Assembly (NCBI GenBank): GCA_031382605.1
Contig: JANMYZ010000162.1
Location: forward strand, 1 to 33,764
From: Planctomycetota bacterium
Lineage (GTDB): Bacteria > Planctomycetota > UBA11346
Direction of reading: 5' to 3'
DNA length: 33,764 nucleotides
The notes beneath the pieces are model-generated. The model ran no database searches. It worked only from the letters and a program-made list of their open reading frames with translations, and was not told the origin of the DNA. The translations under genes were made by a program, and so were the position numbers. Shown one piece after another: positions 32,738 through 33,764 of the stretch; position 1 is the first letter of the stretch; every line of letters starts with the position of its first letter.

Positions 32738-33764
32738 TCACGGCTGGCGATTAATGAAACCACGTAACGGCGTCAGTAAGATAATTTTGAGGTCGAGCCA
32801 CAACGACCAGGTGCGAATATACGTCAGGTCCAGATCGACGCGTCGACGCATATCGTTAATGGTGCGAGTTTCACCACGTGCACCATTGATCTGTGCCAGA
32901 CCAGTGATGCCAGGTTTCACATAATGGCGGCGCATTAATTCGGCGATTGTACCGGCGTATTGTTGGTTGTGGCGTATCGCATGCGGTCGTGGACCGACGA
33001 TCGACATATCGCCTTTGATCACATTGATGAACTGAGGCAGTTCATCGAGACTGGTTTTCCGTAGGAAATTTCCAATCGATGTGATGCGCGGATCGCCAAC
33101 GGTGGCCTGCTTAAAATCATCCGGCGCCGGTTCGGTCTTACCCTGGTCGACGGGAGCTTGAGCAGGAGCGCGTCGAGCACGACGTATCGCATTGACGTCG
33201 ATGGAATCGATAGCGCCATCTTCTGGTGTGATTAGCGAACCAGCACGGCTTGGTTCCCGGCGAATCTCACGGGTGCCAGTCTCAAGATCGGTGGAACTTT
33301 TAATGGCATGAACGCGCAGCGAGCGGTGTCGGCGCGTCAAAGTCATGGTGCTGTCGCCGTCGGATTTTTTTTCGGTGACATCGATAGGAGCGATGTCTTC
33401 ACCAGGGGTGTAATCTGGGTTCGGAGTTGGGAAGCGAGCGGGCGGCCGTGGCGTTGTCGCTGCAACCGGGTCGCTGTTCACGGCGATTCCTGAGGTAAAA
33501 GTAGCAAGATGATTGGCGATAGGAGTGGGTTCGTGGCTTTGACGTTGGTTGCCGTTTGGTTGATTGACCGTGCTCACGATGGTCGGCGGAATGGTTGACG
33601 AAGTCGAGATGTCTTGGTCAGGAAGACGAATCATTCTGCCGGAAATGCTTTTGTGCTCCAATGCCGGAAGTGTGGGACTTCCCGTCGTTTGCGCGGCAGT
33701 AGTAGGTTGATGAATCATGGTACGAAATTTAATGACGCGGATGCGGCGACCACCTAGGCCATGG
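32738..33764 (-). CDS. polyprenyl-phosphate sugar-1-phosphate transferase (Bac_transf / WbaP-PglC-type priming enzyme), 5' end outside window
   Basis: The C-terminal catalytic core is DPRITSIGNFLRKTSLDELPQFINVIKGDMSIVGPRP...KPGITGLAQINGARGE. The reading frame stays open upstream of the track's Met to the window edge and reads HGLGGRRIRVIKFRTM, the conserved KFRTM motif. The gene therefore starts beyond 33764. Confidence 0.85.
   Translation of the reverse strand, partial: HGLGGRRIRVIKFRTMIHQPTTAAQTTGSPTLPALEHKSISGRMIRLPDQDISTSSTIPPTIVSTVNQPNGNQRQSHEPTPIANHLATFTSGIAVNSDPVAATTPRPPARFPTPNPDYTPGEDIAPIDVTEKKSDGDSTMTLTRRHRSLRVHAIKSSTDLETGTREIRREPSRAGSLITPEDGAIDSIDVNAIRRARRAPAQAPVDQGKTEPAPDDFKQATVGDPRITSIGNFLRKTSLDELPQFINVIKGDMSIVGPRPHAIRHNQQYAGTIAELMRRHYVKPGITGLAQINGARGETRTINDMRRRVDLDLTYIRTWSLWLDLKIILLTPLRGFINRQP

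Noticed and set aside
32390-32763. ORFs 32390..32704 (+) and 32494..32763 (-) in the transferase-flippase spacer.
   Set aside because: Both are translations of the 21-bp-arm palindrome (HRGHRGHRE / CPLCPLWF peptides), which is a repeat artefact rather than a gene.

Overview
This 33.8-kb bacterial chromosomal window is read entirely by eye from the sequence and the ORF track, with no database searches. The palindromic repeat families and protein styles hint at an environmental, PVC-like organism, but that is inference only.

Contents from left to right:
- (1) A NUDIX hydrolase gene preceded by a roughly 170-bp nested-palindrome element.
- (2) A tRNA-Asp(GUC)/tRNA-Val(UAC) pair on the minus strand with an intrinsic terminator.
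- (3) A plus-strand gene pair. The first encodes a 668-aa protein with a PilZ-like N-terminus, TRRxVRP repeats, a coiled coil and an acidic tail. The second encodes a clear MamK-family actin-like protein. No other magnetosome genes are present.
- (4) A convergent minus-strand operon encoding a tandem-FHA protein, a lipoprotein and a membrane-anchored TPR-like protein.
- (5) tRNA-Glu(UUC).
- (6) A 15.6-kb minus-strand PKS-NRPS cluster. It comprises a stand-alone A-T loader, a 2864-aa KS-AT-ACP-aminotransferase-C-A-T-TE megasynthase, a JmjC/cupin oxygenase and a C-A-T-TE synthetase. Both TE domains carry Cys instead of Ser at the nucleophile elbow. The loader and megasynthase are visibly GC-richer than everything around them.
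- (7) An out-of-frame relic of an Ig-like (He_PIG) repeat at the cluster border.
- (8) A translationally coupled exopolysaccharide-type operon. It encodes a priming sugar-phosphate transferase (5' end cut by the window, carrying a large low-complexity insertion), a Wzx-like flippase, two GT8-like transferases, a GT2 transferase and two tandem paralogous two-lobed beta-helix exoproteins. One of the exoproteins has He_PIG repeats and a C-terminal sorting-signal-like tail.

The most interesting items are the orphan MamK-like/PilZ-coiled-coil pair, the dual Cys-TE hybrid assembly line with an in-line aminotransferase and a JmjC oxygenase, the interrupted priming transferase, and the beta-helix paralog pair.
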